Positions 9,532 through 20,633 of a stretch of DNA of 32,000 bases are shown in pieces. A model generated the notes under the pieces. It did not search any database, was not told the origin of the DNA, and saw only the letters and a program-made list of their open reading frames with translations. This DNA is from Wolbachia endosymbiont of Drosophila innubila (GTDB taxonomy: Bacteria > Pseudomonadota > Alphaproteobacteria > Rickettsiales > Anaplasmataceae), in NCBI RefSeq assembly GCF_021378375.1, contig NZ_CP076228.1:1050001-1082000 (forward strand), written 5' to 3'. The stretch's first letter is position 1, and each line of letters begins with the position of its first letter. Made by a program: the position numbers and the translations under genes.

Positions 9532-10569
9532 ATGTTATCTACGGTCAATAATAATATAGTTATTGCACTTGACGCTATGGGGGGCGATTTTGCGCCTCTT
9601 TCCGTAATTCATGGTGCTGGTTTTTTTTTAGACAACCTTGTTGACCCAGGCATTAAAGTTTTTTTTCATATTTATGGAGATAAGGAAGAAGTATCTCCTT
9701 TGCTTTTGAAATATAAAAAAGTAAGTAACAATTCTGAATTTACTCATTGTTCTGACAATGTCCTTGCAAATGATAAGCCATCTTTTGCGCTGAGACATCG
9801 TAAAGACTCAAGTATGAAAGCTGCAATTGTTGCAGTGAAAGAAGGTAAAGCTTTCGGAGTGGTATCTTCAGGCAACACCGGAGCGTTGATGGCAATTTCC
9901 AGATTTATTTTAGGAACATTACCAAACATTTATCGTCCTGCTATTGCCTCTATCTGTCCAACTAAGACAAAAAGCTTCGCTTTGCTTGACCTTGGTGCAA
10001 ATGTTGATTGTAATGCCGACTCATTATTTCAATTTGCGTTAATGGGTAGTATATTTGCAAAAATAGCATTAAAAATTGACAATCCTGAAGTTGCTTTGCT
10101 AAATATCGGCACAGAAGAAGTTAAAGGTAATGACTCAGTGCGCGGCGCTTTTGAGTTGCTTAAAAACGCTCCAGGCATTAATTTCAAAGGGTATATAGAG
10201 GCAAGTGAATTTTTAGAGGGTAATATAGATGTGATTGTTGCTGATGGTTTTGTTGGCAATGTAATGCTCAAAACGGCTGAGGCAACCGCTAGTACCTTTA
10301 TCAATCTAATAAAGCAGGAAGTATTCAATTCGTGGATAGCGAAAATGCTTGTTGGTATATTGTTAAAATCCAAACTAAATAAAGCTTTAACGCGTTTTAA
10401 TCCCAAAATTAGAAGTGGAGCTATGTTTTTAGGGCTGAATGGTATCATCATTAAAAGTCATGGAAATTCTGATGCTATTTCTTTTGCCCATGCCATAAAA
10501 TTTGCAGTAAATGCAATTAGTGAAAATTTAAATCAAAAGATAATTAACGGGGTAAGTCATATTGAATAA
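9532..10569 (+). CDS. plsX: Phosphate acyltransferase PlsX
   Basis: NNIVIALDAMGGDFAPLSVIHGA..., 'GVVSSGNTGALMAISR', 'DGFVGNVMLKTAEA'. The ATG at 9532 avoids overlap with rpmF. Confidence 0.93.
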   Translation: MLSTVNNNIVIALDAMGGDFAPLSVIHGAGFFLDNLVDPGIKVFFHIYGDKEEVSPLLLKYKKVSNNSEFTHCSDNVLANDKPSFALRHRKDSSMKAAIVAVKEGKAFGVVSSGNTGALMAISRFILGTLPNIYRPAIASICPTKTKSFALLDLGANVDCNADSLFQFALMGSIFAKIALKIDNPEVALLNIGTEEVKGNDSVRGAFELLKNAPGINFKGYIEASEFLEGNIDVIVADGFVGNVMLKTAEATASTFINLIKQEVFNSWIAKMLVGILLKSKLNKALTRFNPKIRSGAMFLGLNGIIIKSHGNSDAISFAHAIKFAVNAISENLNQKIINGVSHIE

Positions 10570-11518
10570 AAGTTTCATATTAAGCACTGGATCTTACCTA
10601 CCAAGAAAAATGTTGAGTAACAACGAAATTGCATCGATAGTTGAGACGAGCGATGAATGGATAAGGCAGAGAACAGGAATAGTTCAAAGGCATATAGCAG
10701 ATGAAGGAGAACTAACGTCAGATCTAGCTGTAAATGCAGCAAAAAGTGCTATAGAAAAAGCTAAAATTTCAGTAGATGAAATTGACTTGATTATAGTTGC
10801 TACAACAACTCCTGATAAAACTTTTCCTAGCTGTGCAACGATTGTACAAAGTAAGTTAAAATGTAAAAACGCATTTGCTTTTGATGTACAAGCAGCATGC
10901 TCTGGTTTTATATATGCAGTTACAGTTGCTGATTCGCTCATAAAATCTAACAATAGAATTAAATATGCATTGGTTATAGGTGCTGAAATAATGTCTAGGA
11001 TTGTTGATTGGGAAGATAGGTCAACTTGTGTACTCTTTGGTGATGGTGCTGGTGCAGTGGTGATGAAATCAGAAATGGGTAGAAGCGGCATCATATCAAC
11101 AAACTTATACTCTGACGGCAATGTGGACATACTATGTACGAACGGAGGGATATCCTCAACTGGTGATTCTGGAAAAATATGCATGAATGGAAGAGAAGTG
11201 TTTAAACATGCAGTGGATAAGTTAACAGCCTCAGTAGAGGAAACTCTGAAATGCAATAATTTGAAAATCACTGATATTGACTGGTTAATTCCCCATCAAG
11301 CAAACATTCGTATTATTGAAGCAGTAGTAAAGAAATTAGATTTTCCTATAGAGAAAGTGATTAATACCGTTGATAAGCATGCAAACACCTCAGCGGCATC
11401 AATTCCACTGGCCTTAGACTATGCAATACAAGAATCAAAAATAAAATCAGGAAATCTGGTACTGCTGATTTCAATAGGTGCAGGCCTGACCTGGGGTTCC
11501 GTGTTGCTGCACTATTAG
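10562..11518 (+). CDS. fabH: 3-oxoacyl-ACP synthase III
   Basis: GSYLPRKMLSNNEI, TSDEWIRQRTGI, active-site region 'FDVQAACSGFIYAV', 'DWLIPHQANIRI', 'GNTS'-like 'HANTSAASIPLAL'. Confidence 0.96.
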   Translation: MNKSFILSTGSYLPRKMLSNNEIASIVETSDEWIRQRTGIVQRHIADEGELTSDLAVNAAKSAIEKAKISVDEIDLIIVATTTPDKTFPSCATIVQSKLKCKNAFAFDVQAACSGFIYAVTVADSLIKSNNRIKYALVIGAEIMSRIVDWEDRSTCVLFGDGAGAVVMKSEMGRSGIISTNLYSDGNVDILCTNGGISSTGDSGKICMNGREVFKHAVDKLTASVEETLKCNNLKITDIDWLIPHQANIRIIEAVVKKLDFPIEKVINTVDKHANTSAASIPLALDYAIQESKIKSGNLVLLISIGAGLTWGSVLLHY

Positions 11519-11529
11519 ACTTCCTGCAT

Positions 11530-11897
11530 TACCTCCTGTCATCCAAGTACCCTCTTTGTCATTCCAGTGCCTCTTTCTCCTGTCATCCCAGTGCCCTGAC
11601 TACTTGGATCCAGAAAAAAGAATGGTGTCATGAAAGTAGCTGATACTGGTTTTCATCCAAGAGGGTGTCATCTCAGTGCCCTGACTACTTGGATCCAGGA
11701 AAGTTTGCTTGTAAGCAAGCAAACTAGCACAGAAAGTGGTTACAACATTTTCGATGAGATTATATGGAAAACTAGATCCCAGTGTCAAGCACTGGGATGA
11801 CAAAAAAAGGAGCACTGGGATGACAGCAGTCCTACGTCATACCGCGATTCATTCGCGGTATCTCTAGATCCCGCTAACAAGCAGCGGGATGACGGTT
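11530..11897. repeat. Cluster of palindromic intergenic repeats
   Basis: Repeated 'gtcatcccagtgccctgactacttggatcca', 'agatcccagtgtcaagcactgggatgaca' and 'gtcataccgcgattcattcgcggtat...gcgggatgacgg'. Confidence 0.8.
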
Positions 11898-11913
11898 GTC
11901 GTTTAGCCATAAA

Positions 11914-12205
11914 TATTTAAGAAATTTACCAAATGAAAAAAAAGGCAAAAGAAGCCCTGGGGTTATTATCCGCTTTAAAATATTGGCGTTTTTTATGTTT
12001 TAAACGCTTGACAAGCGAGATTCAGCCGCTTTTAATTGCAACTAACTTACGCTGCAAATGTTTAAGAAATTTACTAAGCAGAAAAAAAGACAAAGAATCC
12101 CCGAGTTAGCTAGTCTTTTACTATCTCTGTCGAGTATTGGCATTTTTTGATGTCTTGTAACGCTTTATAAGCGCGTTCAGCTTATTTAGATAAAAATCTA
12201 GATGT
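11914..12205. repeat. Two diverged tandem copies of a 147-bp non-coding unit
   Basis: tttaagaaatttac at 11914 and 12061. Shared motifs at matching offsets: attggc(g/a)tttttt-atgt, aacgctt..aagcg..ttcagc. Confidence 0.65.
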
Positions 12206-12360
12206 AGATGAAGTTTTGTAAAGACATACAGTATCTATATACTGCAAAAAATTGAACATGAGACGCCGATACATTAAGTAATCCTTACCTTTTAATCTGC
12301 AGATTGGCGAAAGCAAATACAATAGCTTCAGTTTCATGATAAGGGGGCTAGCGAGGTTTG

Positions 12361-13377
12361 TCAAGGAAGTTTTTCTTTTCCGTGAATTCCCTTTGAGGTT
12401 GAATATTGAAAATTAACCGGAGAGTTGTGGATTACTTTGTATATGTCATAACAAGCCATGGCGCTCTCAGCAAAACCATTTAGTATTAATTTTAGTTTGC
12501 CTGAATAAATAGCTATATCTCCGATTGCATATATCCTATCTCTACTGGTTTTAAGTGTAGCTGGGTCGACAACTATGCGGCTATGTTCTAACTGTATACC
12601 CCAATTGTTTATTGGACCAAGATTCATTGACAATCCAAAAAATGGCAGCAAAAAATCAGCGGATATTTCTTTTTCTTCCTTAGAGGCAATGTTTTTTACT
12701 ATCACTGCGCTCAACTGCCCATTACCTCCTGCTAGTTCGTGTAATTGATATGGCACTACCAGTTCTATTTTTCCATCAATTTCAAGTGATTCTAATTTAT
12801 TTCTAGTTTCAGGAGTGCAGCGAAATTCCTTTCTCCTATGTATCACATAAATTTTCTTCGCAACTTTAGAAAGTTCTACAGTCCAATCAGCCGCAGAATC
12901 ACCCCCACCTGCAATGACTATAGTTTTGTCCTGAAAATCAGAAATTTTATTTACACTGTAAAATACAGATTTATTTTCATATTCTAATATACCACTTAAG
13001 GGTGGACGGTTAGGTTCAAACATTCCGTTACCTGCAGCAACAATAACGGCTTTGCATTTTACCTCTGTACCTATGTTCGTTATGACAGTAAAGCTTTCAC
13101 CTTCGTTATTTGAAATCTTTTCCACTTTTTGACTTAAATGGTAAACAGGCTTAAATGGCGAAGATTGCTCCATTAGTTGCTCAATTAATTTTTGGGCAGT
13201 GATTACAGGATAACCAGGTATATCATATATTGGCTTTTCTGGGTAAAGAGCTGTGCATTGTCCTCCTGCTTGATCCAAAACATCTATTATATGACATCTC
13301 ATATCAAGCATTCCCGCTTGAAAAGCAGTGAATATTCCAACAGGTCCTGCACCTATTATTACTATATCGGTTTTCAT
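12361..13377 (-). CDS. NAD(P)/FAD-dependent oxidoreductase, probable ferredoxin/flavodoxin--NADP+ reductase (TrxB-like)
   Basis: N-terminal GAGPVGIFTAFQAGML, second Rossmann 'VIAGGGDSAADWTVELS', C-terminal 'RIYAIGDIA'. Confidence 0.88.
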   Translation of the reverse strand: MKTDIVIIGAGPVGIFTAFQAGMLDMRCHIIDVLDQAGGQCTALYPEKPIYDIPGYPVITAQKLIEQLMEQSSPFKPVYHLSQKVEKISNNEGESFTVITNIGTEVKCKAVIVAAGNGMFEPNRPPLSGILEYENKSVFYSVNKISDFQDKTIVIAGGGDSAADWTVELSKVAKKIYVIHRRKEFRCTPETRNKLESLEIDGKIELVVPYQLHELAGGNGQLSAVIVKNIASKEEKEISADFLLPFFGLSMNLGPINNWGIQLEHSRIVVDPATLKTSRDRIYAIGDIAIYSGKLKLILNGFAESAMACYDIYKVIHNSPVNFQYSTSKGIHGKEKLP

Positions 13378-13545
13378 ATTCAGATCGTGATCTATTTATA
13401 GATATTAGCTTTCTTTGCTAACAAGGTCAATTTACAAAGGGATGTATTTTTAAAAGATGTGGCTAGATTAGACAAGATTTCCAGCGTTATGAACCACATA
13501 GTCCAAATAAGCTCTAAAAATCAGCTAGCATAGCGAGATGCTGTG

Positions 13546-13633
13546 CGGACGGAATGGGATTCGAACCCATGGTACGCTCATCACGTACGTCAGTTTTCAA
13601 GACTGGTGCCTTAAACCGCTCGGCCATCCGTCC
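13546..13633 (-). tRNA. tRNA-Ser(UGA)
   Basis: GGACGGATGGCCGAGCGGTTTAAGGCACCAGTCTTGAAAACTG...GGTTCGAATCCCATTCCGTCCG. 7-bp acceptor stem, long variable arm, anticodon TGA. Confidence 0.96.
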
Positions 13634-13680
13634 ATTTCTTTTCTATCACAACATTTGATTTTAAGCAATCTATAAAAGCT

Positions 13681-15207
13681 TTACTTGCCCACGCAAAAGT
13701 TGCTAAACACACTACTCAATATTTCCTCAACATCAATAATTCCAATCACCGCACCAAGTTCAAATGCAGCAAGCCTCAAATCTTCAGATATCAACTCAAT
13801 TGGATTATCGATATTAAAACGTTGTAAATGTTCCAGTGCTTTCTTCATGTGATTCCTATGTCTTTGCCGAGTGATTACAGGAGTGTCTCTATCATGCCCA
13901 AATTTTTCCTCTGCCTTCTCTTTTATGAGAGAGATCAATTTGTTTGTACCTATTTCCTTTAGAATAGAAATGGGTAAAAGATCTATGCCATTAATTTTTA
14001 TATTGTGATTATTGATAACATCGTCAGCTTTGCTCAATACATAAATGGTGTCATTTTGGTCTGATGTCATGCAAGTAGCTGACACTGGAATCCAGCTATG
14101 AACATTGTTTTCAGCACATGTTTCTAGAATCCATTGTTTATTGCATAATTTGCAAGTATTTTTATATCTGGATCCCAGTGTCAAGCACTGGGATGACACC
14201 GTTTGTTGATTACAATATTTGCATAGTTGTGTGTCAACGACAGATGGTATATTGCCTGTGGCTTGATAATTGACATCGTGTCGTTGTTCAAAAGGAAATA
14301 GCTCTATTCTTAAATCAGCTTCAAAAGACCTCTTTTTCGCTCGACTTATACCTTCTAATTCTATTGGATCTGAACTTTCACGAATTCCAGCAGTATCAGA
14401 GAGAATGATTGGGTATCCGCCAATGTCAATATGAGCTTCAAGTATATCTCTTGTTGTGCCTGCATATTCAGAAACAATAGCAATATCACGCTTGGCTAAG
14501 AAATTAAACAGAGTTGATTTACCGACATTTGGTTCACCAGTTATTACAATATGTAAACCCTCACGCAACCTTTCGCCCCGTCTATTATCATTTAAATGCT
14601 CTTGTATCAACTGCACGAGAGATTGCACTTCATTATTAATTTTTTCCAATTCACTTTTTTCTGCCCAAATGTCCTCTGGAAAGTCTATATATGCTTCGAT
14701 TTTGGATTGTATCGTTATTAATCTTTGCCTCCAATTGCTGTATAGTCTCTCCAATTCTCCTGATATCTGCTTAATCGCTTGTTTAGCTTGCATTTTTGTC
14801 TCAGCATCAATTAAGTCTGCAATCCCTTCTATTTGCGTTAAGTCAAATTTACCATTTAGAAAAGCCCTAAGTGAGAATTCTCCAGGCTTGGCCATAACGA
14901 AAACTTTTGATAATTCCTCCAAGATGATTTTTATAACTGCCTTGCTTCCATGCACTTGTAACTCTATAACGTCCTCGCCAGTGAAACTGTTTGGAGCAGG
15001 GAAATAGATGATTATTCCATTATCTATCAATTGACTGGAATCATCATATAGATCAACTAAAGTAGCAAATCTTGGTTTAATTTCTTTCTTAATATGAAAA
15101 TGATTTAAAGCTTTAAGCGCGTAGTTGCCTGAAATTCTGATTACTGCAACTCCTGACTTACCAAATACGGTCGATAAAGCGAAAATAGTTTCATTTGTGT
15201 TTGTCAT
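13681..15207 (-). CDS. mnmE: tRNA modification GTPase MnmE, carrying an in-frame repeat-derived segment
   Basis: GEPNVGKST (G1), DTAG (G3), 'VLSKADD' (G4), C-terminal CIGK motif (FCVGK). About 60 aa between G3 and G4 are encoded by palindromic repeat DNA. Confidence 0.95.
   Translation of the reverse strand: MTNTNETIFALSTVFGKSGVAVIRISGNYALKALNHFHIKKEIKPRFATLVDLYDDSSQLIDNGIIIYFPAPNSFTGEDVIELQVHGSKAVIKIILEELSKVFVMAKPGEFSLRAFLNGKFDLTQIEGIADLIDAETKMQAKQAIKQISGELERLYSNWRQRLITIQSKIEAYIDFPEDIWAEKSELEKINNEVQSLVQLIQEHLNDNRRGERLREGLHIVITGEPNVGKSTLFNFLAKRDIAIVSEYAGTTRDILEAHIDIGGYPIILSDTAGIRESSDPIELEGISRAKKRSFEADLRIELFPFEQRHDVNYQATGNIPSVVDTQLCKYCNQQTVSSQCLTLGSRYKNTCKLCNKQWILETCAENNVHSWIPVSATCMTSDQNDTIYVLSKADDVINNHNIKINGIDLLPISILKEIGTNKLISLIKEKAEEKFGHDRDTPVITRQRHRNHMKKALEHLQRFNIDNPIELISEDLRLAAFELGAVIGIIDVEEILSSVFSNFCVGK
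14065..14200. repeat. Palindromic element inside mnmE
   Basis: tgtcatgcaagtagctgacactggaatccag (14065..14095) matches the murE copy exactly; the right end is ggatcccagtgtcaagcactgggatgacacc. Confidence 0.9.
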
Positions 15208-15311
15208 TATTTATATAAACTACTTAGCAATATTACACTTAAGAAACCAAAATACCTAAAAAGTCACCCAGGTGAAAATATTTATTTTGAAAACTGATAA
15301 TATGATTTATA

Positions 15312-15821
15312 ATGACTGACACAAGTTTTAAATATTTTATGCTCAAGAAATTAGCTTGGTACTGGTCTTTTGTAGAGTTAATTAAAGGGTTTGTTATTAC
15401 ATTAAAATATATGTTTAAGCCAAAGGTTACTTTGAGGTATCCTATGGAGAAGGGCCCTTTAAGTCCAAGGTTTCGTGGTGAGCATGCGTTGCGTAGGTAT
15501 CCAAACGGTGAAGAACGATGCATAGCTTGTAAATTATGTGAAGTTATCTGCCCTGCTCAAGCAATAGTTATTGAAGCAGAGGAAAGAGAAGACGGTAGTC
15601 GCCGCACCACGCGCTATGATATTGATATGACAAAATGCATATACTGCGGACTTTGCCAAGAGGCATGTCCAGTTGATGCAATTGTTGAAGGTCCTAACTT
15701 TGAATTTGCTACTGAAACAAGAGAGGAGCTAATGTACAATAAAGAAAAGTTATTGCGTAATGGTGAAGTTTGGGAAGACGCAATTGCACTCAGGTTAAAA
15801 AAGAATAGGCCTTATTATTAA
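15312..15821 (+). CDS. nuoI: NADH-quinone oxidoreductase subunit I
   Basis: Two 4Fe-4S motifs: [15 protein letters not shown] and [16 protein letters not shown]. Confidence 0.96.
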   Translation: MTDTSFKYFMLKKLAWYWSFVELIKGFVITLKYMFKPKVTLRYPMEKGPLSPRFRGEHALRRYPNGEERCIACKLCEVICPAQAIVIEAEEREDGSRRTTRYDIDMTKCIYCGLCQEACPVDAIVEGPNFEFATETREELMYNKEKLLRNGEVWEDAIALRLKKNRPYY

Positions 15822-15974
15822 TGTTCAGAGCTTATAACCCTGTTATCCATTATGATTTAGGGGCAGTGCCCACTAGGGGTGGTGTCATCCCAGTAGCTGA
15901 TACACAACTGTACGAACATTTGTTTGCGAGGGCAGTATGTTAAATGTTATAGCCTGTTTTGCCTCAAACACAAA

Positions 15975-16097
15975 GGTGTCATCCCAGTGCTTGACACTGG
16001 GATCCAGTAAAATTGATTGTGAACAAGCACACTATGCAACATTTTCAATGAAATTACAAAAAAGCTGGATTCCAGTGTCAAGCACTGGGATGACACC
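15975..16097. repeat. Palindromic element (123 bp) with about 32-bp terminal inverted repeats
   Basis: ggtgtcatcccagtgcttgacactgggatcca ... tggattccagtgtcaagcactgggatgacacc; arms differ at one position. Confidence 0.92.
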
Positions 16098-16216
16098 ATT
16101 TGCTGTGCAATTTACCTTCGAAAATGAATGTTCGTATGGCTATGTGCGTGACACTGGGATGACACCGTTGGAAGAAGCAAATCGCCTTCAAGCTACATGT
16201 CCGTATAGGTTTATTT

Positions 16217-18118
16217 ATGGTTAGGGTTACTTTTTCAACCGAACAAAAAGTAAAAGAATACAGTGGTAAAGTCACTGGCTTTGATATATTACAACCGGAT
16301 GCTTTGAAAGAAGTAGTTGCATTGAAAGTAAATGGTGAGCTATATGACCTCTCACGTGAAATTGAAGCTGATGCAGAGATAGAGGTGATACAACTGAGTG
16401 ACGAAGTGGGTTTAGATATAATAAGGCATGATGCTGCTCATATAATGGCGCAGGCAGTGAAAGAGCTATTTCCTAATACTCAGATTACTATCGGCCCAAC
16501 AATTCAGGACGGTTTTTACTATGATTTTGCTACAGATCGTACCTTCACTACGGACGATCTTACCGCAATAGAAAAGAAAATGAAAGAGATTGTAAAAAGT
16601 AACCACAGATTTGTTCGAGAAGTTTGGACTCGCAAGCAGTCAGTTGATTTCTTTAGTGGTATAGGCGAAAAATATAAGGTTGATATTATCTCATCCATAC
16701 CAGAGGGTGAAAACCTAACTGTTTATAGGCAAGGTGATTTTGTTGACCTATGCCGTGGTCCGCACTCACCATCAACCGGTAGAGTTAAAGCGTTTAAACT
16801 TATGAAAGTAGCGGGTGCATACTGGCGTGGTGATTCTAAGGGCCCAATGTTGCAGCGAATATATGGCACAGCATGGGGAAATAAGGATGAATTAAACGCT
16901 TACCTTGAGTGCCTCAAAGAAGCAGAAAAACGTGATCACCGCAAAATTGCTAAGGATATGGATTTATTTCACATTCAAGAGGAAGCTGTTGGGCAGGTTT
17001 TTTGGCATGAACAAGGATATATTCTATATAATGTTCTTGAGTCTTACATCAGAAAGAAGCTAATAAATAATGGCTATTTTGAGGTAAAAACTCCTATTTT
17101 AGTAAGTAAAGAGCTGTGGGAAAGATCTGGACATTGGGATAAGTTTCGTGAAAATATGTTTATTGTTGACGAATCTGAGAATAAAAAGTTAGCAATAAAA
17201 CCCATGAATTGTCCTTGTCATGTGCAGATTTTTAATTCTCACACCAGGAGCTACCGTGATTTACCAATACGTATGGCAGAGTTTGGCACATGCCATAGAA
17301 ATGAAAGCTCAGGCTCATTGCACGGACTGATGCGAGTGCGTGGTTTTACGCAAGACGATGCACACATTTTTTGTATGGAAGAACAAGTGAATTCTGAGAC
17401 TATAAAGTTTTGTGACCTTTTAAAAGAAGTATATTCAGAGCTTGGATTTAATGAAATTTCTGTGAAATTTTCAGACCGTCCAGATATTAGAGCAGGTAAT
17501 GATGAAGTGTGGGATAGAGCTGAAAAAGCGCTGCTTGAAGCCGTTAAAGAAGCGGGCTTGAGTTATAAACTTAACCCTGGTGAAGGTGCATTTTATGGTC
17601 CAAAGTTAGAGTTCGTTTTGAAAGACGCAATAGGCAGAAATTGGCAATGTGGAACATTACAAGTTGATTTCATTTTACCAGAACGTCTGGGAGCTTTTTA
17701 TATAGGGGCAGATGGGCACAAGCATCACCCTGTCATGTTACATAGGGCAATTCTTGGGACTTTTGAGCGTTTTATCGGAATTTTGATAGAAAATTATGCA
17801 GGAAAATTTCCAGTTTGGCTTGCTCCAACGCAACTTGCTATTCTGACCATTACAAATGAAGCTGACGGTTACGCCACAGAAATTAGCAATATTTTAAAAG
17901 AACAAGGTGTGAGAGTCAAGACTGATTTGACCAATGAAAAAATTAGTTATAAGATACGTTTGCATAGTTCAAACAAGGTTCCTATATTGTGGATTGTAGG
18001 CAAAAATGAAGTTACAAGTAAAACTGTGTCAGTAAGAAATTTAGGATCGGAAAGACAGGAGTCTTTTTCTTTGGAAAAGGCTAATGAATCGCTGTTAAAA
18101 AGTATTAATTTGAATTAA
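16217..18118 (+). CDS. thrS: Threonine--tRNA ligase
   Basis: TGS domain N-terminus, '[11 protein letters not shown]', '[12 protein letters not shown]', '[24 protein letters not shown]'. Confidence 0.97.
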
Positions 18119-18130
18119 GGGAGTTAAAGT

Positions 18131-18649
18131 TTGCAAGTTAAAAAGAACAATAAAAACAGAATTAATGGATTTATCACAGCTAAGGAGGTACGCTTAGTTG
18201 ATCATAGTGGTGAAATGGTCGGAATCGTGCCAATAGAACGAGCTTTGGAATTTGCACAGGGTGTTGGTTTAGACTTGGTGGAAATTGCACCTGATTCAAC
18301 CCCTCCAGTATGTAAAATTCTGGATTATAGCAAGCAAAAGTATGATATAAAAAAGAAAGCAAGTGAAGCAAAAAAGAAACAAAAAACATTAACTATAAAA
18401 GAAATTAAACTGGGTCCCAATATTGGTGATCACGATTACGGAACAAAATTGCGTCAAGCAAGAGACTTACTTGCCCACGGACATAAAATTAAAGTCACAA
18501 TGAGATTTAGAGGGAGAGAGCTTATAAACACTGAAGTTGGACTGGAAAAATTAGAACGGCTAATTCGAGACACTGAAGATATCGCAAAGGTAGAATTGGC
18601 ACCTAAAAGAGAAGGGAATCAATATTTTTTAGCTCTGGTTGCTAAGTAG
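18131..18649 (+). CDS. infC: Translation initiation factor IF-3 (TTG start)
   Basis: 'EVRLVDHSGEMVGIVPIERAL', 'LDLVEIAPDSTPPVCKILDYSKQKYD', 'KVTMRFRGRE'. Confidence 0.96.
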   Translation: MQVKKNNKNRINGFITAKEVRLVDHSGEMVGIVPIERALEFAQGVGLDLVEIAPDSTPPVCKILDYSKQKYDIKKKASEAKKKQKTLTIKEIKLGPNIGDHDYGTKLRQARDLLAHGHKIKVTMRFRGRELINTEVGLEKLERLIRDTEDIAKVELAPKREGNQYFLALVAK

Positions 18650-18677
18650 CAAAACGGCTTAAGAAGTATAAGTAAAG

Positions 18678-19931
18678 TTAAATTATCGCTCTCTCTTTGA
18701 TAACATGGCGAAAATGTCTTATTAATCCTTGAATCGGCCAAGCTGCAGCATCGCCAAGTGCGCAAATTGTATGTCCTTCTATTTGAGTTGTAAGGTCAAG
18801 CAGCTTATCTATTTCATCAGGCTTAATATCTCCTGCCACCATCCTCTTCATAATCCTCCACATCCATCCAGTACCTTCACGGCATGGTGTGCATTGTCCA
18901 CAGGACTCATGCATATAAAAGTGTGATAACCTCTCTATTGCAGCTATTATATCAGTTGATTTATTCATCACTATTACAGCAGCAGTACCAAGCCCTGATT
19001 GTGCAGTTCTTAATGAATCAAAATCCATTTCAATAGTATCACATATAGATTTTGGAATTAATGGCACTGAAGACCCACCAGGTATTACAGCAAGTAAATT
19101 ATCCCAACCTCCTCGCACTCCACCTGCGTATTTTTCAATTAATTCACGTAATGGAATTCCGAGCTCTTCTTCAACATTACACGGGTTGTTTACGTGCCCT
19201 GAAATACAAAAGACCTTGGTACCAGTATTATTTGGTTTACCAAGAGATGCAAACCATTCTCCTCCGCGATTCAGAATATCTGGAACCATGGCTATAGTTT
19301 CAACGTTGTTTATTGTGGTTGGGCAGCCAAAAAGTCCAACACCTGCGGGAAATGGAGGCTTCATGCGAGGAAAGCCCTTTTTTCCTTCAATTGATTCGAG
19401 TTGAGCTGTTTCTTCCCCACATATGTAAGCTCCTGCGCCCCTATGGATAAACACATCAAGATCATAACCTGATTTGCAGGCATTTTTTCCAATTAAACCT
19501 TCTTTATAGGCTTCCTCAAGTGCTTTTTTTAGAACTAAATATTCATTATAAAATTCACCCCTGATATAAATATATGCAACTGATGCGCTGATCGCTTTGC
19601 CGGCCAGGAGAATTCCCTCAAGTAACTTATGTGGCTCATATCGCAATATATCTCTATCTTTACATGTACCAGGTTCTGACTCATCTGCATTGACTACTAA
19701 ATATGCTTTTGGGAGATTTTTGGGCATAAAGCTCCACTTAAGGCCGGTGGAAAATCCTGCACCCCCTCGACCTCTCAAACCAGATTTCTTTACTTCATCA
19801 ATGATCTTTTCTGATCCTAAATCCAGTAATTCCTTTGTTTTTTGCCAGCTACCACGTTTTTTTGCACCCTCAAGTAGTGGAGTTCCTTTACCATTTAGGT
19901 TGGTGAATATTTTGTCTTGTTCTTTTAGCAT
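18678..19931 (-). CDS. nuoF: NADH-quinone oxidoreductase subunit F
   Basis: '[20 protein letters not shown]', '[17 protein letters not shown]', '[12 protein letters not shown]'. The start was moved to ATG at 19931 because the 19982 start lies inside tRNA-Lys. Confidence 0.96.
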   Translation of the reverse strand: MLKEQDKIFTNLNGKGTPLLEGAKKRGSWQKTKELLDLGSEKIIDEVKKSGLRGRGGAGFSTGLKWSFMPKNLPKAYLVVNADESEPGTCKDRDILRYEPHKLLEGILLAGKAISASVAYIYIRGEFYNEYLVLKKALEEAYKEGLIGKNACKSGYDLDVFIHRGAGAYICGEETAQLESIEGKKGFPRMKPPFPAGVGLFGCPTTINNVETIAMVPDILNRGGEWFASLGKPNNTGTKVFCISGHVNNPCNVEEELGIPLRELIEKYAGGVRGGWDNLLAVIPGGSSVPLIPKSICDTIEMDFDSLRTAQSGLGTAAVIVMNKSTDIIAAIERLSHFYMHESCGQCTPCREGTGWMWRIMKRMVAGDIKPDEIDKLLDLTTQIEGHTICALGDAAAWPIQGLIRHFRHVIKERAII

Positions 19932-19950
19932 GTTTTTCAAAATTTGTGAG

Positions 19951-20023
19951 TGATCCCGACGCGATTCGAACGCGTGACCCACTGATTAAAAGTCAGTTGC
20001 TCTACCGGCTGAGCTACGGGATC
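19951..20023 (-). tRNA. tRNA-Lys(UUU)
   Basis: GATCCCGTAGCTCAGCCGGTAGAGCAACTGACTTTTAATCAGTGGGTCACGCGTTCGAATCGCGTCGGGATCA; full cloverleaf, anticodon TTT. Confidence 0.97.
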
Positions 20024-20633
20024 ATTTCATTTTTCAGCTATACTAAACATCAATACAGTTTTTATCCGTTTTAATCAAACTAAAATTTTCATGTATGGTT
20101 AAATAAATTATATAATATACTGCGTTAGTGATAATTTAGTGTGCGCCAAGAAGTGCGTAAGGAACAGTTGGTGAAAATCCAACACGGGTAAAGCTTAGCC
20201 GGCAACCTGGAACAAACCATTATGCTGCGTAAGGTAACGAGCGTAGTAAAGCTAATGGAATGGACAACATAGGGTGCAACGAAAGTGAAGGTATTGAGTC
20301 CCGTAATTCACGCGTCATGGGGGCTGACACTTTACATTTGGTGGAAGGCAACATGGGTAATAACGCTAAGGCAAGATATTACTCACCTCATCGGGATCGA
20401 AGGCCGCGTCATGTGTTGAGATGGACCTTACGTGAACTTGGGAGATCCTTTGTATTCCTGTAAGGGTACTCTGGAACAAGTCAATAAAGGCGAGGACTGG
20501 AGGAAGATGCAAAGGAAGTCGGACTAATTGATAGTACTCGGAGTGTGGGAAAGCCACATACAAGGGGAAGCGGTTAGCAATATAGTGACTGGTATAGGGA
20601 TTGCTATACCAATACAACAGAGATTAGAGGAGT

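Noticed and set aside
12182-12364. ORF 12182..12364 downstream of the tandem repeat
   Set aside because: Short, overlaps repeat-derived and low-complexity DNA, and has no recognisable motif.
15839-16224. ORF 15937..16224 (NVIACFASNTKV...) as a gene
   Set aside because: It is composed almost entirely of palindromic repeat sequence between nuoI and thrS, with no independent coding support.
19932-19982. 17-codon N-terminal extension of nuoF
   Set aside because: It would be encoded inside tRNA-Lys (19951..20023). An ATG at 19931 gives the normal NuoF start.
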